From positions 26,009,425-26,073,424 of the forward strand of contig NC_068984.1 in the NCBI RefSeq assembly GCF_001194135.2: 64,000 bases of DNA, in the 5' to 3' direction. Position numbers and translations under genes: made by a program. This DNA is from Octopus bimaculoides (taxonomy: Eukaryota). The notes beneath the pieces were generated by a model, which searched no databases, was not told the DNA's origin, and worked only from the letters and a program-made list of their open reading frames with translations. The number at the start of each line of letters is the position of its first letter. Position 1 is the stretch's first letter. Of this stretch, positions 38,916-51,404 are shown one piece after another.

Positions 38916-41360
38916 CAATAGTAGAAAGAACTATCATCATTATGACGTAGTGAATGGGAGAGTCGGTAGAGAGGCAGAAAATGTCGTACTGCGTTTAGTT
39001 AACTTCTAAAGTTCAAACTTCCACTTTGTCCTTCATTGTTCAATGGGTCGATAAAATATGTACCAGAGATATAGTGAGATCGATATAATCAATTATGCCT
39101 CCTCTCCCTTCAAATTGCGGTTTTCGGTGAGCTGGCAGAATCGTTAGTATGCTGGAAGACAAACACTTAGCGGTATTTTGCCCGTCACTAAGTTCTGAGT
39201 TCAGATTCCGCCGAGGTCGACTTTGCTTTTCATCCTTTCGGGGTCGATGAAATAAGTACCCGTTAAACACTGGGGTCAATGTATTTGATTTACCTCTCCT
39301 CTGAAATTGCTGGCCTTGTGCCAAAATTTGAGCCATTATCATTATCATTGTTGATTTAACTCAGGTTCTGCCACCCACATAAATTCTGGTAGGATTTATG
39401 TGGATGGCAAGTTACTGTCTGTAACCTTAGGTATCTACAAGCTTTCAATAGACTTTCAAGTGCTTAGAACCCTCCATATTTTATGACGTCATGTGATGAC
39501 AATCGATAATTCGTCTATAAAAATGACTTGCAGTCTATAGTTGGTTCCCTTTATGTACTAAGTTCAAACCCCGGCATAATTAATTTTGCATCTCACCTTG
39601 ATGAGAGTCGATGCAATAAGTACTTGGCAAGTACTGGGTTCGATGCAGTCGACAGATTCTTGTCTGGAGTAAAAAACATTGAAAACTACTAAATCAAAAA
39701 TGACCTGTTTTATTTCATTAAATTTTAAAATAATTTACAGATTCTCCGTCCGTTTTCTATTTCCATATATTACTCTCTTGCCCCTCCTCAATTCACTCTG
39801 AAACATTCTTCTTAATTTGTATGTTCCTTTTCTTATTCATTTTATTTTACATTTCATCTGCATTTCCATAGGAACAAATACCCACTGTAGATTTTCGGCT
39901 AGTATCTCTCGCCCCCTTATTTTATAGCTTTCAGAAACCTTGACGGGTGAGTGCAAATAAAGGAATAAACGCTGTCAAATTGCAAATATAACTGCCATAT
40001 TGCATAAAGATGTAGCCAGACAATCATTTGTTGAACGTCATGTTGAAGCCAGCTGTGGGCGTTGGTAAAGTGGGCAACTTGCGCAGAACAAGGAGCTTCC
40101 ATTATACGAGGTTTATGTTCTCATATATATNNNNNNNNNNNNNNNNNNNNNNNNNNNNNNNNNNNNNNNNNNNNNNNNNNNNNNNNNNNNNNNNNNNNNN
40201 NNNNNNNNNNNNNNNNNNNNNNNNNNNNNNNNNNNNNNNNNNNNNNNNNNNNNNNNNNNNNNNNNNNNNNNNNNNNNNNNNNNNNNNNNNNNNNNNNNNN
40301 NNNNNNNNNNNNNNNNNNNNNNNNNNNNNNNNNNNNNNNNNNNNNNNNNNNNNNNNNNNNNNNNNNNNNNNNNNNNNNNNNNNNNNNNNNNNNNNNNNNN
40401 NNNNNNNNNNNNNNNNNNNNNNNNNNNNNNNNNNNNNNNNNNNNNNNNNNNNNNNNNNNNNNNNNNNNNNNNNNNNNNNNNNNNNNNNNNNNNNNNNNNN
40501 NNNNNNNNNNNNNNNNNNNNNNNNNNNNNNNNNNNNNNNNNNNNNNNNNNNNNNNNNNNNNNNNNNNNNNNNNNNNNNNNNNNNNNNNNNNNNNNNNNNN
40601 NNNNNNNNNNNNNNNNNNNNNNNNNNNNNNNNNNNNNNNNNNNNNNNNNNNNNNNNNNNNNNNNNNNNNNNNNNNNNNNNNNNNNNNNNNNNNNNNNNNN
40701 NNNNNNNNNNNNNNNNNNNNNNNNNNNNNNNNNNNNNNNNNNNNNNNNNNNNNNNNNNNNNNNNNNNNNNNNNNNNNNNNNNNNNNNNNNNNNNNNNNNN
40801 NNNNNNNNNNNNNNNNNNNNNNNNNNNNNNNNNNNNNNNNNNNNNNNNNNNNNNNNNNNNNNNNNNNNNNNNNNNNNNNNNNNNNNNNNNNNNNNNNNNN
40901 NNNNNNNNNNNNNNNNNNNNNNNNNNNNNNNNNNNNNNNNNNNNNNNNNNNNNNNNNNNNNNNNNNNNNNNNNNNNNNNNNNNNNNNNNNNNTATATATA
41001 TATATATATATCCGTGTGTGTGCGCGCTCGCTTGTGTGATAAATTGTTTAGAATTTGGCGGTGATAGAATTTAGTGAACCCGTTAACCAGTTTAAGTGGT
41101 GTCTGCAATTTTGTACTTTGCTAATTAGATCTGTAACATATAAAGGGTCCTTTCACGTCATGTGTTACTTCATGAAATGAAATATATATTTTATATAGTT
41201 TTTGTGGAGATTATTACCACAGATTTTATCCGCTTTCAAACATAAATATATATTCCAAGGGGGCCGGCTGAAACTTTACATTACCAGATTAAATATATAC
41301 CTTTTTAGTCCTTTTGCATTCTAAGTCGAATCTTGAAGATATCGATGTTGATAAAACCAT

Positions 41361-41735
41361 GTTGGCACTCCGTCGCTTACGACGTCGAGAGTTCCGGTTG
41401 ATGCGATCAACGGAACAGCCTGCTCGTGAAATTGACATGCAAGTGGCTGAGCACTCCACGGACACGTGTACACTTAACGTAGTTCTCGGGGATATTCAAC
41501 GTGACACAGTGTGACAAGGCTGACCCTTTGAATTACAGGCACAACAGAAACAGGGAGTGAGAGAAAGTTGTGGTGAAAGAGTATAGCAGGGTTCGCCACC
41601 ATCCTCTGCCGGAGCCTCGTGGAGGTTTTGGTGTTTTCGCTCAATAAACACTCACAACGCCCGGTCTGGGTATCGAAACCGCGATCCTATGACCGCGAGT
41701 CCACTGCCCTAACCACTGGGCCATTGCGCCTCCAC
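41361..41735 (-). mobile_element. tRNA-derived SINE family C with a 12-bp TSD
   Basis: Head gtggaggcgcaatggcccagtggttagggc...ggtttcgataccc; TSD tgataaaaccat at 41349-41360 and 41736-41747. Confidence 0.9.
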
Positions 41736-41961
41736 TGATAAAACCATATATCATAAGCATACAGATATCCATTTATTTAAACATATCGTTTACCTACAAA
41801 ATTTGACCTCGACTTCGTCTAAAGAAATCAGTAGTTATTACTCCCAACCAAAAAAACAAAAACAAAAAAAAAAACGAAACAAAACAAGAAGCAGCTTCTA
41901 CCTTCAGCATAAAATTACGGTAGAATACAATATTAAATGTGTTTTTATAACAATGCACAAA

Positions 41962-41998
<37 letters not shown>

Positions 41999-44027
41999 GA
42001 ATCAAAATTCAGAAAGAATTTTTGCATCCAGAAATTTGAGCCACTGAAAAGAGAAACAATAAACAATTTCATTTTTTAATTAGAACAACTTTACTTATTT
42101 GCAGGAGATATGGATTTCACAGCATCCCTTATTCATACTATAAAACTCAACAAGCAACAGTTAATCATGTGTCGAATATTCTCTCAAATTAAAGATGATG
42201 GTTGTAAGGAAATTAAGCGGAAAGTGTAAATAAGTACCAGATATCCTCAGGATAATTATTATGCTTTGTATGTCTCTCTCTCAGTCTCCCGCTCTCTGTC
42301 TGTCTGTGTCTGTCTCTCTGGAGAAGGTGACGGTGAGTCCCTCTTAGCCTTCTCTTTGAATCGATGATCTAGCTACCGTAGTAGATACTATATTTTAAAG
42401 GGAAGTTTAAGTTGAAGGCTTACATTAAAAAAAAAAAAGAATATTCACTTTTTTAAGTGTTTCAATAATAAAACAAAAGTTTCTCAAAAAGTAGTGTGTG
42501 TTCTGTATCAGATAACCTGTGTTTCTTTTCGTTATTAATTTTACGATAAAAATACAACGAAAGTATTGTAAAATACCACTCTATCAACACTGCAATGTAA
42601 GTAGAAGTCCAACGAATTTTCTATCTTTGTATGTTTATCCCATCTCATATCTCAATCTCACTTTAACCAACGTCCATTCAACTGATTATACATTGCAAAA
42701 AACACAAAGGTTCTTCTAACCTAGTTATTAAGCAACAAGAGACTTGCAAAAGAAGGATACACTGATATATTTAGAGAGACACAGAGAAAAGTGAGGAAAG
42801 AAGGGAGAAGGAGAGAGAGAGAGAGAGAAAGAGAGAGTGAGAGAGATATAAGGGAAAGTGATAGATAGGAGGGGGAAGAGCTGAAAAATGCAGGGATATG
42901 GTCGAATTCTAAATTATCTGGAGTGGTTTGGTTTCTTGTCGTTGTTTACTTTTTGATAGTTATGATTGAAGAGACCTATGATTAAAAGCTGTCTAGGCTC
43001 AATAACCTTGTAAAACTGTAAAGTTTTGTGTCTAGAACATCATTGCCCAATATAAACTTTTTTAAGATTTAGGAAGCGACTTAGGAAGGTTTGGATGCTG
43101 TTTTTCTTAAAACATTGAAAAGAAACCGAACATTTCATGAATTTCCTCCAAATTGTGATTATTTCTGTCTTTAGTAAAATGTCTCTCTTCATAGCATGTT
43201 TAATTAATAAATCACAAGTTATATCATGCTGACGATTTCTAAAAAGAATGAAATAGTAATATACATAATTACCACTGACTAGAAATTTTAAGAGCTTTGT
43301 AATAGGTAAACAAACAAACAAAAAAAACAAAGATTAAATATGTGAAGTTTATGCATCTTCTTCATTCTTCTTCAATTTCAAATTAAAATTCCTGATCCCA
43401 TCAAATATTATGAAAAACACATCTCTCTTGTAAAAACCTATGACCATGGGGGAACCACAAGTTCAAATCTTACTGCAGTAGACTTTGACTTCCATTCTTG
43501 AAGTATTGATAACAGAAATACCAGTCACATAATGGGGCAGTGGCAGGGGATATAATTAGTCATGTTTCTCCCACAAAGTTTGTGTCATATTTTTCCATTA
43601 GGAAAGACGTAAGGAAAGACATCTGGAATATGTTGAGGTATGTTGAACTATGGACATCAATCAATAGAAACGTTAACTAATATAACAGCATCTGGAGTAA
43701 AATGATGATGTTGAGGTGGAAGTTATGATAGTTGTTGTTGCTGTTTAGTTCTGGCTCAGCTTTGATCGAACACTCCTTTGATCGAAAATGTTTTACCTTC
43801 GATTATCCTGCATTATATTCAGGTATAGGTTTTTAGAATTACTACATTATGCTATAAAACTTTGATACGTTGGTAGGATGTGATTCAAGGCGAGATTCAG
43901 CTGATATTTCTGCCAGGTCAAGTGAATGCGTAGAGGCTACCTTCTATGGTTCGGACTGTTTATAACATCACTAAAACTGATGAGAACGAGCTTCGTCGAA
44001 AAAGCGATCCTTCAATCAAGGCCTTCC

Positions 44028-44072
<45 letters not shown>

Positions 44073-44140
44073 AAGAAGAAGAAGAAGAAGAAGAAGAAGA
44101 AGAAGAAGAAGAAGAAGAAGAAGAAGAAGAAGATGAAGAA
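44028..44140 (+). repeat. (TAG)n-(AAG)n compound microsatellite
   Basis: Visible directly. Confidence 0.95.
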
Positions 44141-44489
44141 GTGATGGTAAAGATACTAGCCGTAAGTTGTGTAGCTCTGGTTCAAAAGGACTATGACCAA
44201 TATATTCCAACCGTGACGAACCTCCCTTTTGCTTTTGGTTTCCTGACAATAGACTACATTATTTAATGCGTCTGTTTAAATTTTAAGTTTTAGAAGGGTG
44301 AAGTTTGATATAGATTTAGCTGCTATTTCTAGCAGGTCGAGCAAGAGCGTAAAGATACATCCCATACTTTTACGCAAGAGAAACAGGTTTTATTAAATTT
44401 TTAGGACTATTTTTTAGTGATGGTTAAACTGACATTGAACGGTAAAAATGATTTCATATTTTCTGAACAAATCTTTTATTTTTGTACAT

Positions 44490-44832
44490 CAGTAGTTCTC
44501 AGTCGGGGTCCATACGACTCTTGGAGTTCCATATGACTCTTGAAGTTCCATATGACTCTTGGAGTTCCATATGACTCTTGGAGTTCCATATGACTTTTGG
44601 AGTTCCATATGACTCTTGGAGTTCCATATGACTCTTGGAGTTCTATATAAGATTTTGTTGTCAAAATTTATGTGCAATAAACTGGTTATATTTCTACAAT
44701 ACACAAAATATTTTAACAATTCTAACACAATTCTTGATAATATTTAAACCATCGAATGGTTATTAGGGCCCCAACTTTGAGTAAAATAGGAATCACAAGG
44801 GTCCATAGATAATAAATGGTTGAGAACCATTG
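44490..44832 (+). mobile_element. hAT-type MITE carrying an internal minisatellite
   Basis: TIRs cagtagttctca / tgagaaccattg; 8-bp TSD ttgtacat/ctgtagat (6/8). Confidence 0.8.
44510..44642 (+). repeat. 19-bp minisatellite, 7 copies (ccatatgactcttggagtt)
   Basis: Counted directly. Three units carry single substitutions. Confidence 0.95.
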
Positions 44833-45772
44833 CTGTAGATAGACGAAGCTAATATGAAAGCAAAACACGTCGGTGTTGATAAAGGTGTTGGTTCTGCTCT
44901 CAGAAGTGATCCACTTTTTTCATTCGTTTTAATTTTGGCTCTAATACTAAGGCTCATTTAGTTCAGAACATTCTGCCTGATATTAAAATGAGGATGAGTA
45001 ATTGTAAGAAAACAATATATTACATCGCTAACTTCCGGCTTACAGTAATTTTGCCATTTTAACTTCCGGTTGATAAGAGCTTTGTCAGCTTATTTAGAAT
45101 CATTAATGACTTTTGTATTAGAAAATTCTTATTAAAAAAAGGAAGCGCTCCTTAATTTGCAAATATCAAATACAATTACTGGAACTAATAATATGGTTTT
45201 CCTACGTGTCAATGAGAAATTGCACTAAGATTATTAAAAGAAAAAAAGAAAAATGAAAAATATAAATGCGAATTATATAGTTTCCTGTGAGTGATCTTGC
45301 GTTTTATATAGTTATGCAATTTGATAGTTCTTTCATAAATATTACATTGACAGTAAGATACTTGCGAATTTACTGAGTTACCTTTTAACAAAACTCCCAC
45401 ATCCCATATTGGATTTCAAGCGAACGTTATTTCACCCCTATTTAGTTATCTAGACACTTGGAAATTACCTTGTTCATTCACTGGTACAAAATATCGCCGA
45501 ACCGTTGAAATTTAAGGTTCAACGTTAATGTCTCCGAATTTATTTTCGTTTCTACCACCAAAAACTTTGTTTCTGCAACTCTCTTTTAAGCAAATTTAGA
45601 ATGAAAGTCGAAAAAATGGGTATTATTGTGTGCGTGTAGACACAGACACAGGCACACACACACGCCACATATGTATATGTATATGTGTTATATCCTAAAA
45701 TCCATGAGTTAGAGAAAACTGGCACTCATATATTAAGTAATAGAATAAGTATATTATCTGTTCCCCTCCTCC

Positions 45773-45774
<2 letters not shown>

Positions 45775-45819
<45 letters not shown>

Positions 45820-45876
45820 CTTCTTCTTCTTCTTCTTCTTCTTCTTCTTCTACTACTTCTTTTTTTCTTCTTCTTC

Positions 45877-45933
<57 letters not shown>

Positions 45934-45944
45934 TTATTATTATT
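45775..45944 (+). repeat. (GTT)n-(CTT)n-(TAT)n compound microsatellite
   Basis: Visible directly. Confidence 0.95.
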
Positions 45945-46481
45945 TTGAAAGACTCTCGGATAATTCTTAATTACCGGTTATTCTTCACTGGAAAGCAAAC
46001 AATAACAGATCACCAAAGGTTTCAGGTAGTGCCTTCTCCTGTGACTCAAAGTGACAATACTCTCCTTAGAATGCGAGCTGTACCCAACAATGCTGTCTTC
46101 TGGATCACCTCGAGCCTGACAGCAGCTCGTTATCATTCCCCGGATTACCCAGAAAGTAGCACTCCATTGCATCCACATTCATTTCTTTCGTCCACCTTCT
46201 TTTAGAAGTTGCTTGATGACGACTGGGCCCACGCTGTTCACCCGTGGGGCACCAGCTGGACGAGAGACCTTCACAAGGTGTTCCAGTTTCCTTCAAGCCG
46301 TTCTCATTTCTATTTTTATTTGACATTTCAGCATTCATGATGAGGGTTAGTGAATTTTAGGTTGCACAACCACCAGTATTTTTTTTCCCGTGACTCCCAT
46401 CACTGACAGGATCTCCACCCTAGGATATAGGATTCCTGTAATCCTGGTTTAATTTTTGGAGTTTCCGTCTCCTAGAAGGGG

Positions 46482-46483
<2 letters not shown>
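45945..46483 (-). mobile_element. Internally deleted R4/Dong LINE derivative (5' UTR + ORF N-terminus joined to ORF C-terminus + 3' UTR)
   Basis: MNAEMSNK...KRRWTKEMNVDAMECYFL (N-terminal motif) joins at about 46115-46135 to RLEVIQKTALLGTARILRRVLSL* (C-terminus). Flanked by (TAA)n on both sides. Confidence 0.75.
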
Positions 46484-46561
<78 letters not shown>

Positions 46562-47018
46562 NNNNNNNNNNNNNNNNNNNNNNNNNNNNNNNNNNNNNNN
46601 NNNNNNNNNNNNNNNNNNNNNNNNNNNNNNNNNNNNNNNNNNNNNNNNNNNNNNNNNNNNNNNNNNNNNNNNNNNNNNNNNNNNNNNNNNNNNNNNNNNN
46701 NNNNNNNNNNNNNNNNNNNNNNNNNNNNNNNNNNNNNNNNNNNNNNNNNNNNNNNNNNNNNNNNNNNNNNNNNNNNNNNNNNNNNNNNNNNNNNNNNNNN
46801 NNNNNNNNNNNNNNNNNNNNNNNNNNNNNNNNNNNNNNNNNNNNNNNNNNNNNNNNNNNNNNNNNNNNNNNNNNNNNNNNNNNNNNNNNNNNNNNNNNNN
46901 NNNNNNNNNNNNNNNNNNNNNNNNNNNNNNNNNNNNNNNNNNNNNNNNNNNNNNNNNNNNNNNNNNNNNNNNNNNNNNNNNNNNNNNNNNNNNNNNNNNN
47001 NNNNNNNNNNNNNNNNNA

Positions 47019-47258
47019 AAGATTCTCCATTTCTTTTAGGGAAACGTTGTCATCTGCTGGTATTGATACATCAATTAGAAAGCATTTTTTTCCTTCATGA
47101 TCTTTGACAACTATATCTGGTCTATTGGCCTTAATTTCTCTATCTGTGTTTATTGGCATATCCCAGAGTATGGTTGCTTTCTCGTTTTCTGTGACCTTTT
47201 CTGACATGTGTTTATACCATCTTTTTTCTGTTGTTATTCCATAGTGTTGGCATAGCTT
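47019..47258 (-). mobile_element. R4/Dong LINE RLE-domain fragment running into a gap
   Basis: KLCQHYGITTEKRWYKH...ATILWDMPINTDREIKANRPDIVVKDHEGKKCFLIDVSIPADDNVSLKEMENL. Begins directly after a (TAA)n tract. Confidence 0.9.
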
Positions 47259-47272
47259 ATTATTATTATTAA

Positions 47273-47329
<57 letters not shown>

Positions 47330-47930
47330 AAATTTGGTAGTTTCAGGCAAATTTCTACTGTATCACCTACTACACCTCCGTATTGATGTGGTGCGTGTCG
47401 CTTTAGTAGTTTCATAATACCCAAATGAACAGTCGGTTTCATATCGGCGGTGGAGAACCAATAATACCAATCATCAGAAATGACTGAAAGCGATAGTATG
47501 GCGTCAGAACTTTGTTACGTGAAACCTGAAATATTTTATCTGGTTTGTGGGTCTTAGCGCCTTTGTAAAAAACCGGAACGAAATAGGTGGAAGAAAATAT
47601 TTAATTCTTTAGAGTTATGTCCCTTCCATTGGAACTAAAAGTGCCACCCCGCTACACGAGAGGATACACCTTGTAGGATGAGGGTTGTGGCCACATTTAA
47701 CTTTGACATACATGTGCACGACCACTTATGCTTTCTATTGAAAGTTAATATTGTGTTGTCATTTAAAAAGTCCTGAGAAGCTCTGAGTATCAACAAAGAA
47801 GAGTAGTACGCCGTATTCCAAGCTAGTTATCCATGCTGTAATATTTGACAGTGAAATTAATGGTGAGTGAAGGGACAGCACCCGCTGTTTCGAACATCTA
47901 CTACCACTTCTCACCGAGATATTGTCACCT

Positions 47931-48345
47931 AGGCGTAGGAGTGGCTGTGTGGTAAGTAGCTTGCTTACCAACCACATGGCTCCGGGTTCAGTCCCACTGC
48001 GTGGCATCTTGGGAAAGTGTCTTCTACTATAGCCTCGGGCTGACCAAAGCCTTGTGAGTGGATTTGGTAGACGGAAACTGAAAGAATCCCGTCGTATATA
48101 TGTATATATATATGTATGTGTGTGTATATGCTTGTGTGTCTGTGTTTGTCCCCCCAACATCGCTTGACAACCGATGCTGGGTGTGTTTACGTCCCCGTAA
48201 ACTTAACGGTTCGGCAAAAGAGACCGATAGAATAAGTACTAGGCTTCCAAAGAATAAATCCTGGGGTCGATTTGCTCGACTAAAGGCGGTGCTCCAGCAT
48301 GGCCACAGTCAAATGACTGAAACAAGTAAAAGAGTAAAAGAATAA
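47931..48345 (+). mobile_element. Full-length tRNA-derived SINE, family A (CORE-like)
   Basis: Head ggcgtaggagtggctgtgtgg...gggttcagtccc (A/B boxes), CORE-like cttgggaaagtgtcttc, internal (AT/GT)n, tail tgactgaaacaagtaaaagag. Confidence 0.88.
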
Positions 48346-49589
48346 AGAGATAGCTATAACTCTTGTGATTATTTACTTGTAGCAAGTTTGACCAAGCAGG
48401 TTTTCTTTACTTGGTGATTGGAACAAAAAGTTACACGAGATTTGTCCTTTTCAATGATATTCTTGATGTTAAGTTATACTTTGAAAACTACTTTGGTGAC
48501 TAACGAATTGTCGCTGTTGAGGAACCAGGTCACCATGAACTGATGAGAGTGTTACAGTATTAGTAACGTATAGCTAGTTATCGTTGTTGTTAATCCCCTA
48601 ATTAAAGCGGCGAGCTGGCGGAATCGCATAGCGGTATTTCTTCGGTCTTTTTACGTTTTGAGTTCAAATTTTGTTGCGGTCGACTTTGCCTTTCTTATAT
48701 CAGGAGTCGTAAAAATTAGTACCCGTTGAGCACTGGGTCAATATAATCGACCAACTCCCTTCCTCTAATAAATTGCTGACAGTGTACCAAAATTTCAAAC
48801 CGATGTAAATCGCCTGGTCATCGCTGATTGATTTGACCTACGATCAGACATTCCTGTCTTGATTATTCCACCTTTTGATATATCTAGGACTACATTGTTC
48901 AATATATTCTTTCTTTTTTTAGATTTAAAGAAAATTTGGTTATATTGAGCAGATAGAGTAACAACGTAGAGGTTCTCTAGATGACTCATCGTGTATTAGG
49001 CACAATACTAGTTATGCAGAGAAAAGGGCGTGCTTGGTTTTAGAAAATTATTTTACTGAGATGAACATTTTTTTTTTATCAAACTATCCTTATATGTAAT
49101 CGTAAGGTTCACTTTGGGGATATGGAGGAGTTCAGAAGTCCCAGAAGTAAAAAGAAATAAATCAAAGACAAAAGCTTCAAAATTCAAGATGCATTATGAA
49201 GATAGGTTGAAATTCCACCAAATTGTAAAATTCCACTCGCAGATTGGGAAATATATCAGCAGCAACGAAAAAGAAGATTGCTTATCAAGATAGTAGATCT
49301 CTTTGCAAAAGAGAGAACTTTATATACTTTCTACAAAATGGATCCCAAAAATCTGCGCAACATCTGTACTAAGAACCATATCTAGGATAATGCTTTTGAA
49401 ATGCGTAATAAAATATGTCTTTACCGAATTTTTTACATAAGCTTACAAACGCAATCACATCAAGGCATATACATAAATCATGTCTGGCCCCAGAAGAAAA
49501 CTTTTACTTCTAAGATGCATAGAATGTTATATTGTCCTTTGTCTGATTTGAAACGTTATCTAAAACCAAATAAAGGTGACAGAAAATAA

Positions 49590-49827
49590 GAATATTTCTA
49601 TCTTTATTGACCACAGGGTGCTAAACATAGAGGGGACAAACAAGGACAGACAAAGAGCTTAAACCGATTACATCGACCCCAGTGTGTAACTGGTACTTAT
49701 TTAATCGATCCCGAAAGGATGAAAGGTAAAGTCGTCCTCGGCGGAATTTGAACTCAGAACGTAACGGCAGACGAAATACCGTTAAGCATTTCACCCCGCG
49801 TGCTAACGATTCTGCCAGCTCGCCGCC
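49590..49827 (-). mobile_element. SINE family B
   Basis: Full head, body and tail in reverse complement. Confidence 0.88.
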
Positions 49828-50258
49828 CTAAAAGGTAGAGTCAAATAGATGAGAAAGCTAGCGATGCGGTTACATCTTCCACTAGGATAACTAGTGTCTT
49901 AGCATAACGAAGTTACCACACGGCCAAACTCCCACACCCGNNNNNNNNNNNNNNNNNNNNNNNNNNNNNNNNNNNNNNNNNNNNNNNNNNNNNNNNNNNN
50001 NNNNNNNNNNNNNNNNNNNNNNNNNNNNNNNNNNNNNNNNNNNNNNNNNNNNNNNNNNNNNNNNNNNNNNNNNNNNNNNNNNNNNNNNNNNNNNNNNNNN
50101 NNNNNNNNNNNNNNNNNNNNNNNNNNNNNNNNNNNNNNNNNNNNNNNNNNNNNNNNNNNNNNNNNNNNNNNNNNNNNNNNNNNNNNNNNNNNNNNNNNNN
50201 NNNNNNNNNNNATATATATATATATATATATATACACATACACATACATACATACACA

Positions 50259-51100
50259 CACGAGGTGGTATCAAAAAGTTTCAGGGCTAGTTCTGTAGCG
50301 CGCCAACAGATGGCAGTACACGGTCGCGTGTGCAGTGAGAGCTAGCAGTGACCTTCATGAGGCAGTGTGCCGAGTGATATCGCTGTGTTTACTTCTCAAG
50401 TTGTGTTTTTGAGATCACGTGTATGCTGTAGTCTGCGATTTTGTCATGGACATTGCATCGAATCTGTTAAGATCTCCGTCAACGTGCCACTGATGACTCA
50501 TCCTTCATGTCGAGGATCATCACTGGTAACGCGAGTTGGTTTTATAATTCATCATAATGGAAGAGGCCTTCATCTCCTACCACAGAAGCCACGACAGAAC
50601 CGCAGCTCAATCAAGAACATGATTAACGTTTTTTTCGACATCCGCGGTATTGTGCATTGAGAATTCATCCCCCAGAGCCAGACCGTCAACTGAGAGTTCT
50701 TACTGCTGTGTTTTGAAGCATTGGAGGGAGGACATTCGGCGAAAGTGACCGGATCTGTGGAACGCAAAGAATTGGATTCTTCACGACGACAATGTACCCT
50801 GCCATCGAGTTCTCCTCACTCGTAAGTTTCTCGCCAAAAACAACATGGTATCACTTCCGCATCCACCCTATTCGGCACCCACCCTATTTGGCAAATTTAG
50901 CATCTGTAGAATTCCATCTCTTCTATAAAATGAAAATGCAGCTCAAAGGTCGCCGTTTTACACCGTTGTCGAGATCTAGAGCGAATCGCAGAAGGTCCTC
51001 GACTTGCTTACGGAAAACGACTTCCAGGCCGGATTCCAAAAGTGACAGGAACATTGGGAACATTGCTATGCAAGGTGACTATTTCGAAGGGGATGGTATT
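50259..51100 (+). mobile_element. Internally deleted mariner fossil, 3' end replaced by a SINE
   Basis: Left TIR cgaggtggtatcaaaaagtt; SFMSRIITGNASWFY; VFFDIRGIVH; WILHDDN; HPP; KMKMQLKGRRF; QGDYFEGDG. The N-terminal HTH region is missing. Confidence 0.88.
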
Positions 51101-51204
51101 AAGCCTAGTACTTATTCTATCGGTCTCTTTTTACCGAACCGCTAAGTAAACACACCAGCATCGGTTGTCAAGCGATAGCGGGGGGACAAACACAGACACA
51201 CAAA

Positions 51205-51238
<34 letters not shown>

Positions 51239-51404
51239 TACATATATACGACGGCCTTCTTTCAGTTTCTGTCTACCAAATCGACTCACAAGGCTTTGGT
51301 CGACCCGAGGCTATAGTAGAAGACACTTGCCCAAGGTACCACGCAGTGGGATTGAACCCGGAACCATGTGGTTGGTAAGCAAGCTACTTACCACACAGCC
51401 ACTC
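51101..51404 (-). mobile_element. SINE family A lacking its 3' tail
   Basis: Reverse complement of the family A head and body. Confidence 0.85.

Noticed and set aside
43976-44005. CTGATGA-gaacgagcttcgtc-GAAA hammerhead-like core
   Set aside because: A stem II can form, but I could not build a stem I or stem III with a valid cleavage triplet in either topology.
44510-44642. Regular short repeats that might suggest a CRISPR array
   Set aside because: The units are contiguous with no spacers, in a eukaryotic MITE; it is a minisatellite.
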